Shown one piece after another: positions 35,526-46,400 of a stretch of DNA of 53,064 nucleotides. This DNA comes from a virus. Taxonomy: Duplodnaviria; Caudoviricetes. The stretch covers positions 1 to 53,064 of the IMG/VR virus record IMGVR_UViG_3300025098_000064; one strand, 5' to 3'. The position numbers and the translations under genes are program-made. The notes beneath the pieces are model-generated. The model saw only the letters and a program-made list of their open reading frames with translations, did not search any database and had not been told where the DNA came from. Each line of letters opens with the position of its first letter. Position 1 is the stretch's first letter.

Positions 35526-36128
35526 ATGGCTACTATTAAGGCTACGAGACTAGCCGCAGTTAATCAAATTATCTCTAATGTGGGCCAGAGTCCACTAAAT
35601 AATCTTGACAGTGGTAACCCTCTGGCAGAACTAGCTGAGGGAATCTTGGATGAAATCACTCGTGCTGTACAAGCTGAAGGTTGGTCCTTTAACACTGAAT
35701 ATAATTACCCGGTTACACCTGATGCTCTTACCAAAGAGATTGGTGTTACTTCAAACATGCTTTCAATAGATACTCAACCTCGTGATCGTATTCAAGTGGT
35801 TATCCGTGGTGGTAAATTGTATGACAAAGTAAACCATACTTCAACATTCAAAGACCCTATTAAAGCTGACATTGTTTGGCTCGTCAATTTTGATGACATG
35901 CCAGAAGCTTTTAAAAACTACGTGACCACTAGGGCTGCAAATGTTTTTGCGGGTCGTACTGTTGGCAGTCAGGAAGCTGTGAAATTTGGTGAGCGTGAGG
36001 AGTTAATGGCTCGTGCAAATTGCATTGAGTATGAATCACAACAGGGTGACTACACGATATTCTCTGACCGGTCCAATAATTTTACTTATAACGGCTTCCG
36101 TCCAGTTGATGCACTTGGGAGATATTGA
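35526..36128 (+). CDS. Tail tubular protein A (T7 gp11-like)
   Basis: LAAVNQIISNVGQSP, VQAEGWSFNTE and FDDMPEAFKNY. Confidence 0.92.
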   Translation: MATIKATRLAAVNQIISNVGQSPLNNLDSGNPLAELAEGILDEITRAVQAEGWSFNTEYNYPVTPDALTKEIGVTSNMLSIDTQPRDRIQVVIRGGKLYDKVNHTSTFKDPIKADIVWLVNFDDMPEAFKNYVTTRAANVFAGRTVGSQEAVKFGEREELMARANCIEYESQQGDYTIFSDRSNNFTYNGFRPVDALGRY

Positions 36129-39100
36129 TGGCTTCTATTTCACAGAAAATTCCTAATTTGTTAGGAGGTATTAGTCAGCAGCCTGATCCCGTTAAGCTCG
36201 ATGGTCAGGTCAATGATGCTCGTAACATTACCCTAGATCCAACTTTTGGCTGTAAAAAGAGACCACCTCTCAAGTATGTCGCTGAGCTAGATAACGGCAC
36301 AGCGATCCCTTCCTCAAGTCACTGGTTTCCGATCTTCAGAGACGAAACTGAGCGCTATGTAGCCGCTGCCTACCAAAGCGGGGGTAATGGCGTTCTACGC
36401 GTCTGGAATGCGGACACAGGGGCTGAACAGACCGTTAATAGCTTTGGTGATTCTCTTGAATATATCAAGACCAGTGATCCATTAAATATCCATGAGCTAA
36501 CTATTAATGATTACACCATGATCGCCAACTCTGAAAAGGTGGTCACGATGTCAACTAACTCTGGAGTTGTAGATAATCCTGAAGCTTTAATTGTTATTAA
36601 CGAGGTCGGTTACGATACCACCTATTCTGTTGATTTTATTAAATCATCTAACAATCAAAAAGTAAAAATTTATAAGGCTACTAAGCTCTCTATTAGTCCT
36701 AGCTCTTTTGAGGTCAATAATAATTCTTGTAGCCTAGGTGGTCAAAGTAACTATGTTGAGAATGGAACAGGCACACAGCAAGCTCTTGGATTTAGCATCC
36801 TTGCCAATTGCACTCCTACTCTTGTCACTACTCCGGTTCCAGGAATCCCATATCCAACAGCTGTTGTATTAAAGAGCTCACAAGTTGAGGCAATCCAATT
36901 CGCCAACGTTGCACTTGGTGACCCCAATAATTATGGAGCAGGTAGTTATCTATATCACACTGCTACTGCCTCTACAGCAACAGGAACAATCTCTTTAAAG
37001 ATTGAGTTTCGTGTTAATGGTAATAATAACGGTAATCATAATTATGCTTATTCAAATGTTGCCGTTACCGGCTATACCGACTCAAGCCTGACTGACAACA
37101 AAACTTGGAAGGTTGGTGATACTTTTTCCATTTCTTCGACACATTCGGTTTATCCTATTACAGCAACACTTAGTTTTAAGGTAAACAATACCCAGAAAGG
37201 TCCAGATGGTCAGTCCTATTCTTACAAAAGTGTTTATGCTTCTGAAGTAAAACTCAATTCTGGTGGTACAAACTGGCGGGTTGGTGATACTGTTTCTGTA
37301 TCTCTTCAAGGGAAGCAATATACAATTACTGTTGAGGAAGAATCCTTTAGTTATGGGTTTGTTGCTGAGGCTACGGCCTCCTTTACTACCGTATCTTCTG
37401 GTGTCTTGAATATTGACGATATTGTTTCTGGCATTAAAACAGATATTGATAATATTGGCACGTATGACACAGAAACTGTTGGTAATGTTATACGTGTTAA
37501 ACGTAATGACAACGGAGACTTTAACCTTCAGACAAGTGGAGGAACCACTAATAGAGCACTATATGCCCTAAAAGAGGAAGTTTCTGATATTTCACAGCTA
37601 CCTGCACAATGTATCAATAATGTTGTCCTAAAAATCAGAAACACAGCTGCTGCTACGGCTGATGATTATTTCGTAAAGTTTGAGGCAACCTCAGGTGATA
37701 TTCCTGGTACAGGTACTTGGGTTGAGACTGTTAAGCCAGGCATTCCTACTGATCTAAACATCTCCTCTATGCCCCATGTACTCATTCGTGAGGCTAATGG
37801 TCAGTTCAGTTTTCGCAGTCTTTCAAAGTCTGCTCAGAAAGAAGCTGCGACCTTTTACGGTGAAACTGTAGACGATGATGATTTCCTGTTCTGGTCTGGC
37901 CGTGCTGTAGGGGATGAATCTACTAATCCTGCTCCAACCTTTGTCGACAAGACTGTGGTTGATATGTTCTTCTATCAGAACCGCTTAGGATTTCTATCAG
38001 GAGAGAATGTGATCCTGTCTCAAGCAGGTGACTATTACAATTTCTTCGGCGGATCTGCTATTGCTTTATCTGATGCTGATCCTATTGATCTCACTGCTAC
38101 CTCAACCAAACCTTCAAGGCTAAAGCGTGCTCTTGGCACTTCCAAGGGTTTGTTGATGTTTGCTGAGAATAGCCAATTCTTACTCACAACCATTGACGCA
38201 GCTTTTGGTCCTTCTACTGTCAAACTAACTGAAATTTCTAACTACTCTTATACATCCAAAATTAAGCCTTTGGAGTCTGGAGTGTCAGTTATATTCTCTA
38301 CTGAAGCAGATACTTTCTCTAAGGTATTCGAGATGGCTCTTGAGTCAATCGATAACCGTCCATTGGTTGCAGATAATACAAGAATCATTCCTGAGCTTAT
38401 CCCCCCGAACCTGACTATCGCAGCAACCAGCCCTAACAATAGTTTTCTAGCCTTTGGCAATGGTAATAATGAATTGTATACCTTTTCATTTTTCAATGAA
38501 GGTAATAATCGTAGCATTGCGGGTTGGGCTATTTGGGAGTTTCCAAGTGATATTAAACTATTTGATTTCACGCATGACACTTCTTTTACGGTCATGTATA
38601 ACGCTACTAGCAATTCTCATGTGCTAAGTCGCATGGAGTTCTTGGATGACCCCGAAACTGCTCCTATCAGTGTGTATGGAAGCAAGTTTGTCCCAAGACT
38701 GGATAATTTTATTTATGATACAGAAACAACAATTGTCACTACTGGTAATGTAGATAAAATTACGTTTCCTGCTGGATTCTTTGTAGACAATTCTACTGTT
38801 TATATCATGGATTCCACTCAAGGTGTTTCCATTAGGTTCTTTAAATATACACCTGTTCTTGACACTGATGGCACTTATTATATTGAAGTCCCTTCTGACT
38901 TGCTTGATAGTGGATTTATTATTGGCTTAGCTTATAATATGCTTGTTAAACTACCTTCCTTCTTCCTAAAAGAGGATAAGAAGTCTGATCGTAGAAACAT
39001 CCCGGTTTGTGAAAATGTATTTCTAGATATGCACTTGTCAGGAAGTGTAGATGTTCTTCTTGAGCGTGTGGGTTATGACAATAGGAGTCTAACTATTGCC

Positions 39101-39292
39101 CAGCCTGTAGCAGATGTTTATATCAGTGATTCGCCTGCTATCTCAAATGTATTGACCGATGCAATCCCGGTCTTCTGTCTTGGATCATTGGCTTCACTAA
39201 CTATCTCAGCAGATGGTCCACTTCCTGTAGCTTTATCTAGTTACTCATGGGAAGGACATTATAACAATAGAGGTATTCTTCTCATTGACTAA
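36128..39292 (+). CDS. Tail tubular protein B (T7 gp12-like)
   Basis: ISQKIPNLLGGISQQPD, KKRPP, FFYQNRLGFLSGENVILS and WEGHY. Confidence 0.93.
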   Translation: MASISQKIPNLLGGISQQPDPVKLDGQVNDARNITLDPTFGCKKRPPLKYVAELDNGTAIPSSSHWFPIFRDETERYVAAAYQSGGNGVLRVWNADTGAEQTVNSFGDSLEYIKTSDPLNIHELTINDYTMIANSEKVVTMSTNSGVVDNPEALIVINEVGYDTTYSVDFIKSSNNQKVKIYKATKLSISPSSFEVNNNSCSLGGQSNYVENGTGTQQALGFSILANCTPTLVTTPVPGIPYPTAVVLKSSQVEAIQFANVALGDPNNYGAGSYLYHTATASTATGTISLKIEFRVNGNNNGNHNYAYSNVAVTGYTDSSLTDNKTWKVGDTFSISSTHSVYPITATLSFKVNNTQKGPDGQSYSYKSVYASEVKLNSGGTNWRVGDTVSVSLQGKQYTITVEEESFSYGFVAEATASFTTVSSGVLNIDDIVSGIKTDIDNIGTYDTETVGNVIRVKRNDNGDFNLQTSGGTTNRALYALKEEVSDISQLPAQCINNVVLKIRNTAAATADDYFVKFEATSGDIPGTGTWVETVKPGIPTDLNISSMPHVLIREANGQFSFRSLSKSAQKEAATFYGETVDDDDFLFWSGRAVGDESTNPAPTFVDKTVVDMFFYQNRLGFLSGENVILSQAGDYYNFFGGSAIALSDADPIDLTATSTKPSRLKRALGTSKGLLMFAENSQFLLTTIDAAFGPSTVKLTEISNYSYTSKIKPLESGVSVIFSTEADTFSKVFEMALESIDNRPLVADNTRIIPELIPPNLTIAATSPNNSFLAFGNGNNELYTFSFFNEGNNRSIAGWAIWEFPSDIKLFDFTHDTSFTVMYNATSNSHVLSRMEFLDDPETAPISVYGSKFVPRLDNFIYDTETTIVTTGNVDKITFPAGFFVDNSTVYIMDSTQGVSIRFFKYTPVLDTDGTYYIEVPSDLLDSGFIIGLAYNMLVKLPSFFLKEDKKSDRRNIPVCENVFLDMHLSGSVDVLLERVGYDNRSLTIAQPVADVYISDSPAISNVLTDAIPVFCLGSLASLTISADGPLPVALSSYSWEGHYNNRGILLID

Positions 39293-39755
39293 ATACTACC
39301 GTGCCGCGACTATCAAAGACGGGCTAGAAGTAGTTAACAACATAAGATACGAGGACAGAATGGAAGTCGAAGCAAGTGGGTACAGTCCCATTGACATTCC
39401 ATTCTGGCTTTCTCTCAGCGAACACGCTACTGCAATTTTCAACGATAAAGGTGTGATTGCGGGTGTTGCTGGTGTTGTAAGACTAAGTGACCAAGTAGGT
39501 CTGATCTGGCTGCTATGTACTCCTGCCATTGAGGATGTTCCTATTACATTTTATAGGCAAGCTCAAATCTGGTTAAAGAACATACAAAAGGATTATCAAC
39601 TCCTCTGGAATCATTGTGATGTCAGAAATAAAGCTCATCACCGCCTACTTAAATTCCTTGGCTTTAGTGCCATTAATAAGGTCTATATCCGCAACTACCC
39701 TTTCTATGAAATTGTGAAACTATGTGTACCGGAATCGAAACCGCCGCTGTTGTAA
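39285..39755 (+). CDS. T7 gp13-like protein (DUF2833/acetyltransferase-like)
   Basis: DRMEVEA...IWLLCT...LWNHCDVRN..H.RLLKFLGF, at the gp13 position. Confidence 0.75.
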   Translation: MTKYYRAATIKDGLEVVNNIRYEDRMEVEASGYSPIDIPFWLSLSEHATAIFNDKGVIAGVAGVVRLSDQVGLIWLLCTPAIEDVPITFYRQAQIWLKNIQKDYQLLWNHCDVRNKAHHRLLKFLGFSAINKVYIRNYPFYEIVKLCVPESKPPLL

Positions 39756-40594
39756 GCCTTTCTATAGCTGCTGTTTCAACTGCATCATCTATCGGCTTTG
39801 GGATATATCAACAGCAACAACAACAGGCTGCTGCCCAAGCTCAACGATCACAAGCTGCTGCTCAGATGCGTATGACGCAGATGCAAAATATGCAGCAACA
39901 ACAGAACCAAATTCAACAGCAAACCCTACAACGTAGGCAACTTGCTCAGCAACAGAAAAGTCAACAGGATCAAGCTCGTCTCCAGCTCAATCAGCAGATC
40001 CGCTCTCAACTTCTTGCTAGACAGCAACAACAACAGCAGACCGATTTACAGATCCAGCAAGCTAATGCAAGTATCTTAAATCAATATCAACAGCAACAGC
40101 AGTCTGTACAGCAAGAGCGCGTTCAGATCATGCGTCGTAATGAGATTGATCGTCAGCTATACCAGGGCTCTGTAGAGGAAGCTAGAGAGCAGATTACCCT
40201 AAACAATGAGGGTGCCAATCGCGCTCAACTTGCAGAGCAGGCAAAGCTAAATGAAGTGCGTAAGAAGGCTCTCTTTGAACAACAAAACCTTTTAGCAAAA
40301 TCTATTGGTGCTAAAGGATCAATTCTTGCGCGTGGTCAATCTGGTCAGTCTATTGGTCTACTAACCATGGATGTAGATCGTCAGAAGGGATTCGCTGAAG
40401 CCCAAGAGATGGCCTCTCTTGACAGTGCTAGTGAGCAAGCTCTACTGAATATGGATGCTGCTTATCTCCAAGCGGAATCTCAGAATAATAAAGCTGAAAG
40501 TCAGATCGGCTTTAATCCAACCAACCCTTACCTACCTACCAACCCCAAGGCTCCACAGTTAGTCGGCCTGAATATAGACAACCCTTACGTTTAA
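39722..40594 (+). CDS. Internal virion protein (T7 gp14-like)
   Basis: MC start, hydrophobic N-terminus, Gln-rich coiled coil and GQSGQSIGLL; gp14 position. Confidence 0.75.
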   Translation: MCTGIETAAVVSLSIAAVSTASSIGFGIYQQQQQQAAAQAQRSQAAAQMRMTQMQNMQQQQNQIQQQTLQRRQLAQQQKSQQDQARLQLNQQIRSQLLARQQQQQQTDLQIQQANASILNQYQQQQQSVQQERVQIMRRNEIDRQLYQGSVEEAREQITLNNEGANRAQLAEQAKLNEVRKKALFEQQNLLAKSIGAKGSILARGQSGQSIGLLTMDVDRQKGFAEAQEMASLDSASEQALLNMDAAYLQAESQNNKAESQIGFNPTNPYLPTNPKAPQLVGLNIDNPYV

Positions 40595-40598
40595 CAAT

Positions 40599-43406
40599 AT
40601 GGCGAGACAAGCAGATTTCGGCGGTACTCGCTTTCAAGGGTACGCCCAGTCCAGTAATTCAACAGTCAAAGGTAAATCTAAATCCAAAGCTCTTGAGGGC
40701 CGTAAGAATCAAATCATTCAAGAGGCTGATACTAAGCGTCGGCAACAATTTCGTGAGCAGCAGGCTGCTACATCCTTTTTAAAGGGACAGCAAACAGCTG
40801 CTGAAGCAAATCAAAAGACCGGTCAGTTAGCTGACAGGCAAGCTCTTGATCTCTCACAAAATGCACAAAAAGCATCTTTAAAGCTTGAAGGTGATTTTCA
40901 GGACCGTAGTCTTCGTTTTGAAGAGATGCGGCTTAAGGCTGATCAACTAGACCGTACTATTGACCTTAGTAACCAGAAAGCCAAGCTTACTTACGATGGT
41001 GTACTTGCTCAGGCTGATGCCCGTGAAGCCTCTGCCAATACAAAGCTTTTTGCTGATACTATTGGAAGTCTTCTTAAGTTCAGTGGTAGCGTTGTTCAGT
41101 ACAGTGCTGATAAATATAAACGGCAAGAGAAGGACAAAAATGATAAGACTTTAGTCGAGAATACATTTCCTTTAGAACGTGCTGATTTTGGCGGCAATAA
41201 GGATGCTATTGATTCTGAGAATGATTTTTCGGCTAATGAGCCTTCAGTTATTAGAGCTACAGAAAAGGCTATTACGTCATCTACCAATGACAGGACAGAG
41301 CAAAGTCAACTAAGAGAGGAGCTATATACAAATAGCTATGGCCAGGTCTCTAGAAGTAATGCTGTAGTTGCTGCTACTGATTTTCCTGTCTTCTTTTCTG
41401 CGTTTGTCGGAGATACTCGACGTTCATTCCGTCGTCTTAATGGAGAAAAATTCACTGTTGCCACAGCAAAGCCTGGCGACGTCCAAATTATTGTAGACCA
41501 GGCTAAAAGTGACTTTTACCGTCTCGCCGGTCTCGATGGCATGTCTGTGTCCGACAAGGCTCAGACTATTGTCCCTGTAGTTGTAGAGATCACCCGCTCT
41601 TGGGCACTTCAGGCTAATAAAGCTCTTAACACCGAAGCAGCCGCTGAACTTCTTCTAGCAGCCGAGCATGACACAACTAACATGCTGAATGCTGGGACAA
41701 AATCACCACAAGAAATTTATAACCTATCATCTGCTGCTTATTTCGGTTCAGGTGGTTTTGGAGGTCAAGAAGGTAAAGCTAGAGTTGATTCTACTCAAGA
41801 TATGCTCGACTGGGCAGTCCGTAAAAAGCGCCCTCAATTTATTGAGAAACTTGCTCTGGTTGTTGACCATAAGGGTAGAAAGCTAGGTGACGTTTACGAA
41901 GAGATGTTCGACAATGCTCGTACTGGAGTAATTTCTCGTGAGATCGATGATATCCGAAGAGAATCTAATCTATCTCAAATCAGGGTTCAACAAATTGGAC
42001 GCGACCGTATCTCTGCTCTTGCTCAGGAAGATGTTACGCCTGAAGATGAAGTTCGTATTAATGCGGAAGCTGTTGAGTCTTATAGAGCATTACAAACATC
42101 TGAGGGAGATCTAAAGGCCGCGCAGTTAGAAAGCACACCTAATTATAGTCCATTTACATTCCTTGAGCTTAAAAAAGAGCAGGCTGAAGGTAGAATCTTG
42201 CCGCAATCCTTTTTGCATAATCAGGCTGTTACTGGCCAGATTACAATGGAGCAAGCTACAGAATTAGGATACGATCCTGATGGTGGTGTTAATGGTGAAT
42301 CATTAGACACAGCATCTGCTAAAAGAGCTAGAGAGTTTGAATCGGAAATGGAAGCTCAGGGTAGTGCTGCTTTACTTACTGCTATTGAACTAAAAGGTAA
42401 AAGTAAATTCCTTGAAAGTGAAGCCTCTAAAATCCTAATGCAAGGAAAAGGTCTTGGTGTAAAGAAAGATATTGCGCGTAGGCTTAATCAGCGAGTAACC
42501 AGATTTATCCGAGATAATCCAGGGATTTCTGATTCTAAAATTAGTGAATATATCCAAGAGCAGGGAAAGCTAATTGGCAAAGAGGTGACATTTGAAATGG
42601 GTGTAGCCAAAGATGGGACTGAAAATACATTTAATTACACAATGGGCGGTACAGACATTCGTGAAGTACTTCCAACTCTTACAGATGAAGAAGGCCAGAA
42701 TGTTGTTGATTTTAGAAACTATACAGCCCAGCAAATTGGTACTCGTGCAGAAATAATTGATTTAGATACAGCTTATATTTTGTCTCCTCAGGCCGTCACG
42801 AGGGCTCAGATAGCTTTGTCGCAAGGTCAGGAAGTTGAGTCCGATGTTGTGGCTAAAGCAGCCGCTGTGGGTACTACTGTTGAGGTTCTTGTTGAGTCCC
42901 AGCGTAAAAACTATCAGCTTGAAAAGCCTGAACCAGTTGAAACTTCTGTCCAGACTAACTATACGCCGCAGCCTGGTGACACGGGTAAAACTTTTGGTGA
43001 TGTTAGTCAAGATGCATTTAGACGTGCATTAATAGGAAAGGAGTCATCTTTTGATCCCACGGCTGAAAACGACCGTACAAAAGCCTTCGGTTTAGGTCAG
43101 CTACTTCCAGTAAATATTGGACCTTGGTCTCGTGAAATTCTTGGTTACACAGCTAGTCAACGTGAACTTTCGCGTAACCCTAGCCTTCAAGAACAAATTA
43201 TAAACGGGAAAATAAATCAGTATTTTATGTCGCAGATGCGCCTTGGATATAAAGGAGAAGTCTTAATTCGTCGTGTTGCAGCAATGTGGTATGGCGGTCC
43301 CGGAGCTGTTGAACATTGGAATAATCCTAGATATCACGATAAATTTCCTAATGAACCAAATATGCAGCAGTACACACAAGACCTTTTCGATAGGTATCAA
43401 AACTAA
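40599..43406 (+). CDS. Internal virion protein (T7 gp15-like) with C-terminal lytic transglycosylase-like domain
   Basis: 935 aa at the gp15 position; ALIGKESSFDPTAEN...AFGLGQLLP...AAMWYGGPG resembles the SLT motifs. Confidence 0.8.
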   Translation: MARQADFGGTRFQGYAQSSNSTVKGKSKSKALEGRKNQIIQEADTKRRQQFREQQAATSFLKGQQTAAEANQKTGQLADRQALDLSQNAQKASLKLEGDFQDRSLRFEEMRLKADQLDRTIDLSNQKAKLTYDGVLAQADAREASANTKLFADTIGSLLKFSGSVVQYSADKYKRQEKDKNDKTLVENTFPLERADFGGNKDAIDSENDFSANEPSVIRATEKAITSSTNDRTEQSQLREELYTNSYGQVSRSNAVVAATDFPVFFSAFVGDTRRSFRRLNGEKFTVATAKPGDVQIIVDQAKSDFYRLAGLDGMSVSDKAQTIVPVVVEITRSWALQANKALNTEAAAELLLAAEHDTTNMLNAGTKSPQEIYNLSSAAYFGSGGFGGQEGKARVDSTQDMLDWAVRKKRPQFIEKLALVVDHKGRKLGDVYEEMFDNARTGVISREIDDIRRESNLSQIRVQQIGRDRISALAQEDVTPEDEVRINAEAVESYRALQTSEGDLKAAQLESTPNYSPFTFLELKKEQAEGRILPQSFLHNQAVTGQITMEQATELGYDPDGGVNGESLDTASAKRAREFESEMEAQGSAALLTAIELKGKSKFLESEASKILMQGKGLGVKKDIARRLNQRVTRFIRDNPGISDSKISEYIQEQGKLIGKEVTFEMGVAKDGTENTFNYTMGGTDIREVLPTLTDEEGQNVVDFRNYTAQQIGTRAEIIDLDTAYILSPQAVTRAQIALSQGQEVESDVVAKAAAVGTTVEVLVESQRKNYQLEKPEPVETSVQTNYTPQPGDTGKTFGDVSQDAFRRALIGKESSFDPTAENDRTKAFGLGQLLPVNIGPWSREILGYTASQRELSRNPSLQEQIINGKINQYFMSQMRLGYKGEVLIRRVAAMWYGGPGAVEHWNNPRYHDKFPNEPNMQQYTQDLFDRYQN

Positions 43407-46400
43407 ATGGAAGAACTTAATTTTACAGAAGAAGAAAAGGCTTATTGGGATAAGGTAAATCAGCAAAACCGAGAAAGCTACCTCAGGGATAATCCTGAAG
43501 AAGACCCCGCCCTTCCAGAAATCACATCTGAGTCCTTAACAGATGAGGAATCTGCTGAAATTGATGCAGAGATAGAGCAGGAAGAAGAGGAAGAGTTTGA
43601 AGCAAGGCGTGACCTTAATTGGGTTGATAATGCCATGCTTGGTCTTAGGGATTCTATTGATGACAACTTTCAAGGGAATAGTCAAACTCGCGAAGAGATC
43701 GAAGAAAGGTTTATCGAGAAGCGTGGGGAACGAGAGAAACAGATTCAAAGTAATCCCATCCGCCAAGTTCTTGCTGAAACAACCGGTGCTGTTGAGGGTG
43801 CTTCTGCTCAGACAATTGAAACTCTAGGTGAAACTGTTGAACTTGGAATTGATACTCTACGTGCTGGTATTAAAACAGTTCTTCCTGGCCAAGAAGATCC
43901 CAAGAATATCCCTTGGAACGAAAACTATGAATGGGCTGATTGGGATCTAGGTACTGCCAATGCCAAAACACCTGTCGGTAAGTTTGCAGAACAGATGATT
44001 GCTGTTGTTATCGGCATGAAGGGGCTCAAGGCTGCTGGTGTTGGCGTTGGAGGTGGTAAGACTCTTCAAAGCCGTGTTGCATCGGAAACTTTCCGTGGTG
44101 CTCTTTATGACTTCTTTTCAGAGCCTGGTGAAGGAAACATGAGCAATCTTGTTCAATCAGGTCCCTTTGCTAATAACCTATCCAAAGCTCTTGCACATGA
44201 TGAGTTTGATAATCCTTGGATTCGCAGACTCAAAAATATGATTGAGGGAGGTATTATCGGCACGGCAGTCGATGGCCTTCAAGAGGCATATGGAGCTTTT
44301 CGTGCTGGTAGGAAAGCCAAGCTTGACGCTTTAGCTGAGGGTGAAAGCCGAGCCAGAGCAGCAGAAAAAGCAGTTGAAGCCACTCGTAAATACGCTTATG
44401 GTGAACAACCTGAACTTGACCTTGGTAAGCCTGTAAAAGGTAAAAAGAAGAAGATTTCTTCAAAATCGGCAAGTGGCAATGTCTATGAAACCACTTCTCA
44501 ACCTATTGACTACAAGCCACCTGAGCCTAAACAGGGTGAACTTGATCTTGATATTAGGGTAAATAAGCAAGGTGAACTTGACTTTGGCCCTGATCGCCCT
44601 GATCTCGATCCAGGTAATGCTGCTCGTAAGGCAGAAAACGTACAGAACAGTGGACGCCCTTCTACTGTAAGTACTGATAATCAAGTACGTCAGATTTGGG
44701 AATCTGATCCTAATAGAAAGACCCCATACGATGAACTTACAGACTTACAGAAATCAGACTTAACTAAAGCATATAGAGCAAGCAATATGCTCGTTGAGGG
44801 TAAGCCTGCCCTCTTTGACCCCCAGGATCGCGTACAACAGACCCGAAAGTTCAATATTAATGAGTCTGTATCAAGCTTCTGGGAAGGCCCTCTAGGGTCT
44901 GGGAAGAGCCTTGTGAATGAGGCTGACATAAGTCGACTTAAAGACATAGATCAATTGAAATCATTTATCAAGGAGCAAATCCCTGATATTGACGTTGATT
45001 ATCTAACTGCTCGCTTGCGTCGTCAGCCTGAAGAGCATGTACTAAAAACAATGCAATCACTTGCACAGTTTGCAGATACTCGTAATCCAGCTTTGTTAGA
45101 GCCTCTGCGTTTTAAAAGTACTCTTGATATCAAAGGTGTTGATGCTGGTGGTGCTGTTGTTCTTGACACATTGGTCAATTCAGTATCAGAGCGTATTAGT
45201 TTTCTGGCGGAAGAAGCTTATCAACTAACTCAGTTTGATGTTCCTTTCAAACTACAAGCAAGACAGATTCTTGATCGTGGTGAAGCTTTGCTCACTATGA
45301 AAAAAGAGGCGACAAGGTTTTCTAGTGATAATCTAAAAAACTGGGGTGATGTTCCTCCTGATACTTTACGTGCTTTGGAAGCAGATAATGCAATTATCAG
45401 CAAAGTGTTTAGGGATATGCGTGAAGGATTAGAAGCTACTGACCCACTTGCGATAAAGCGCTTTCAGAAGCAATTTGGTAAGCTATCTATTGCTCTCGCT
45501 CATTCCAAAGGCGATCCTACGGCAATTACCAATGTAATCTATGGGATTGGCAAAGTAGGGTTCAAACGTGTTGAATCCGTTTATATAAATTCTCTTCTTT
45601 CGTCTCCTTTAACACATACACGTAACATAGCTGGTAACACTATCGCTATGGGCGAGCGTACTGCTTCAAGAACTGTTGGCAACCTATTAACTGGTGACTT
45701 TAAGGGCGCAAGACTTGGAGCTGCTTCTTTTGACTCTATTTATACTACTTTTGTTGAATCTCTTGCTGTAGCTAAGTCTTCCTTTAACTCACCTTATGCA
45801 ATAACGACGCCTAAATCAAACCTCACGAACTTTGTACTTGAGGACCGTAAGGCAATTGTTAACATGAGGAGGTCTGCTGGTCCCGCTGGTCGTATTGCTG
45901 GTGACTTAGCTCTTACTGCGTTTGATTTATTCAACAATATCTGGTTTAACTGGCCTGGTAAAGCTTTGCAAGCTGGTGATGATTTTACTAAATCTATGTT
46001 GGCACGTATGGAACTTCGATATGAAGCTGCCGTTGAGGCTGACAGGCTTGCAGGTGAAGGAGCTTCATTTAAGTCGAGGGAAGAGCTCTATCAGACGCTA
46101 TCAACAAGAAAGCTATCTGCTTCTGGTGAGATTCTGGATCATAAACTTGTTAAAATTACCGAAGATGCAGCTTTTCAGCGTGATTTAGAAGGCTGGGCTG
46201 GTTCTATGAGTGCAGGTGTTCAGAAATTACCTGGTGGTCGATTAGTTCTTCCTTTCTTTAGGACTGGTCATAATATATCTCGTTATGCTCTACAACTTTC
46301 ACCACTAGCCAAATTGTCCTCTGAGCATCGCCATGTAATGAAATATGGGACTCCAGATGAACAAGCGATTATGCGTGGTCGTATGGCTCTTGGATCAACC

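Noticed and set aside
39750-40130. CAA/CAG-rich tract as a separate repeat element
   Set aside because: It is fully explained by the Gln-rich coiled coil of the gp14-like protein.
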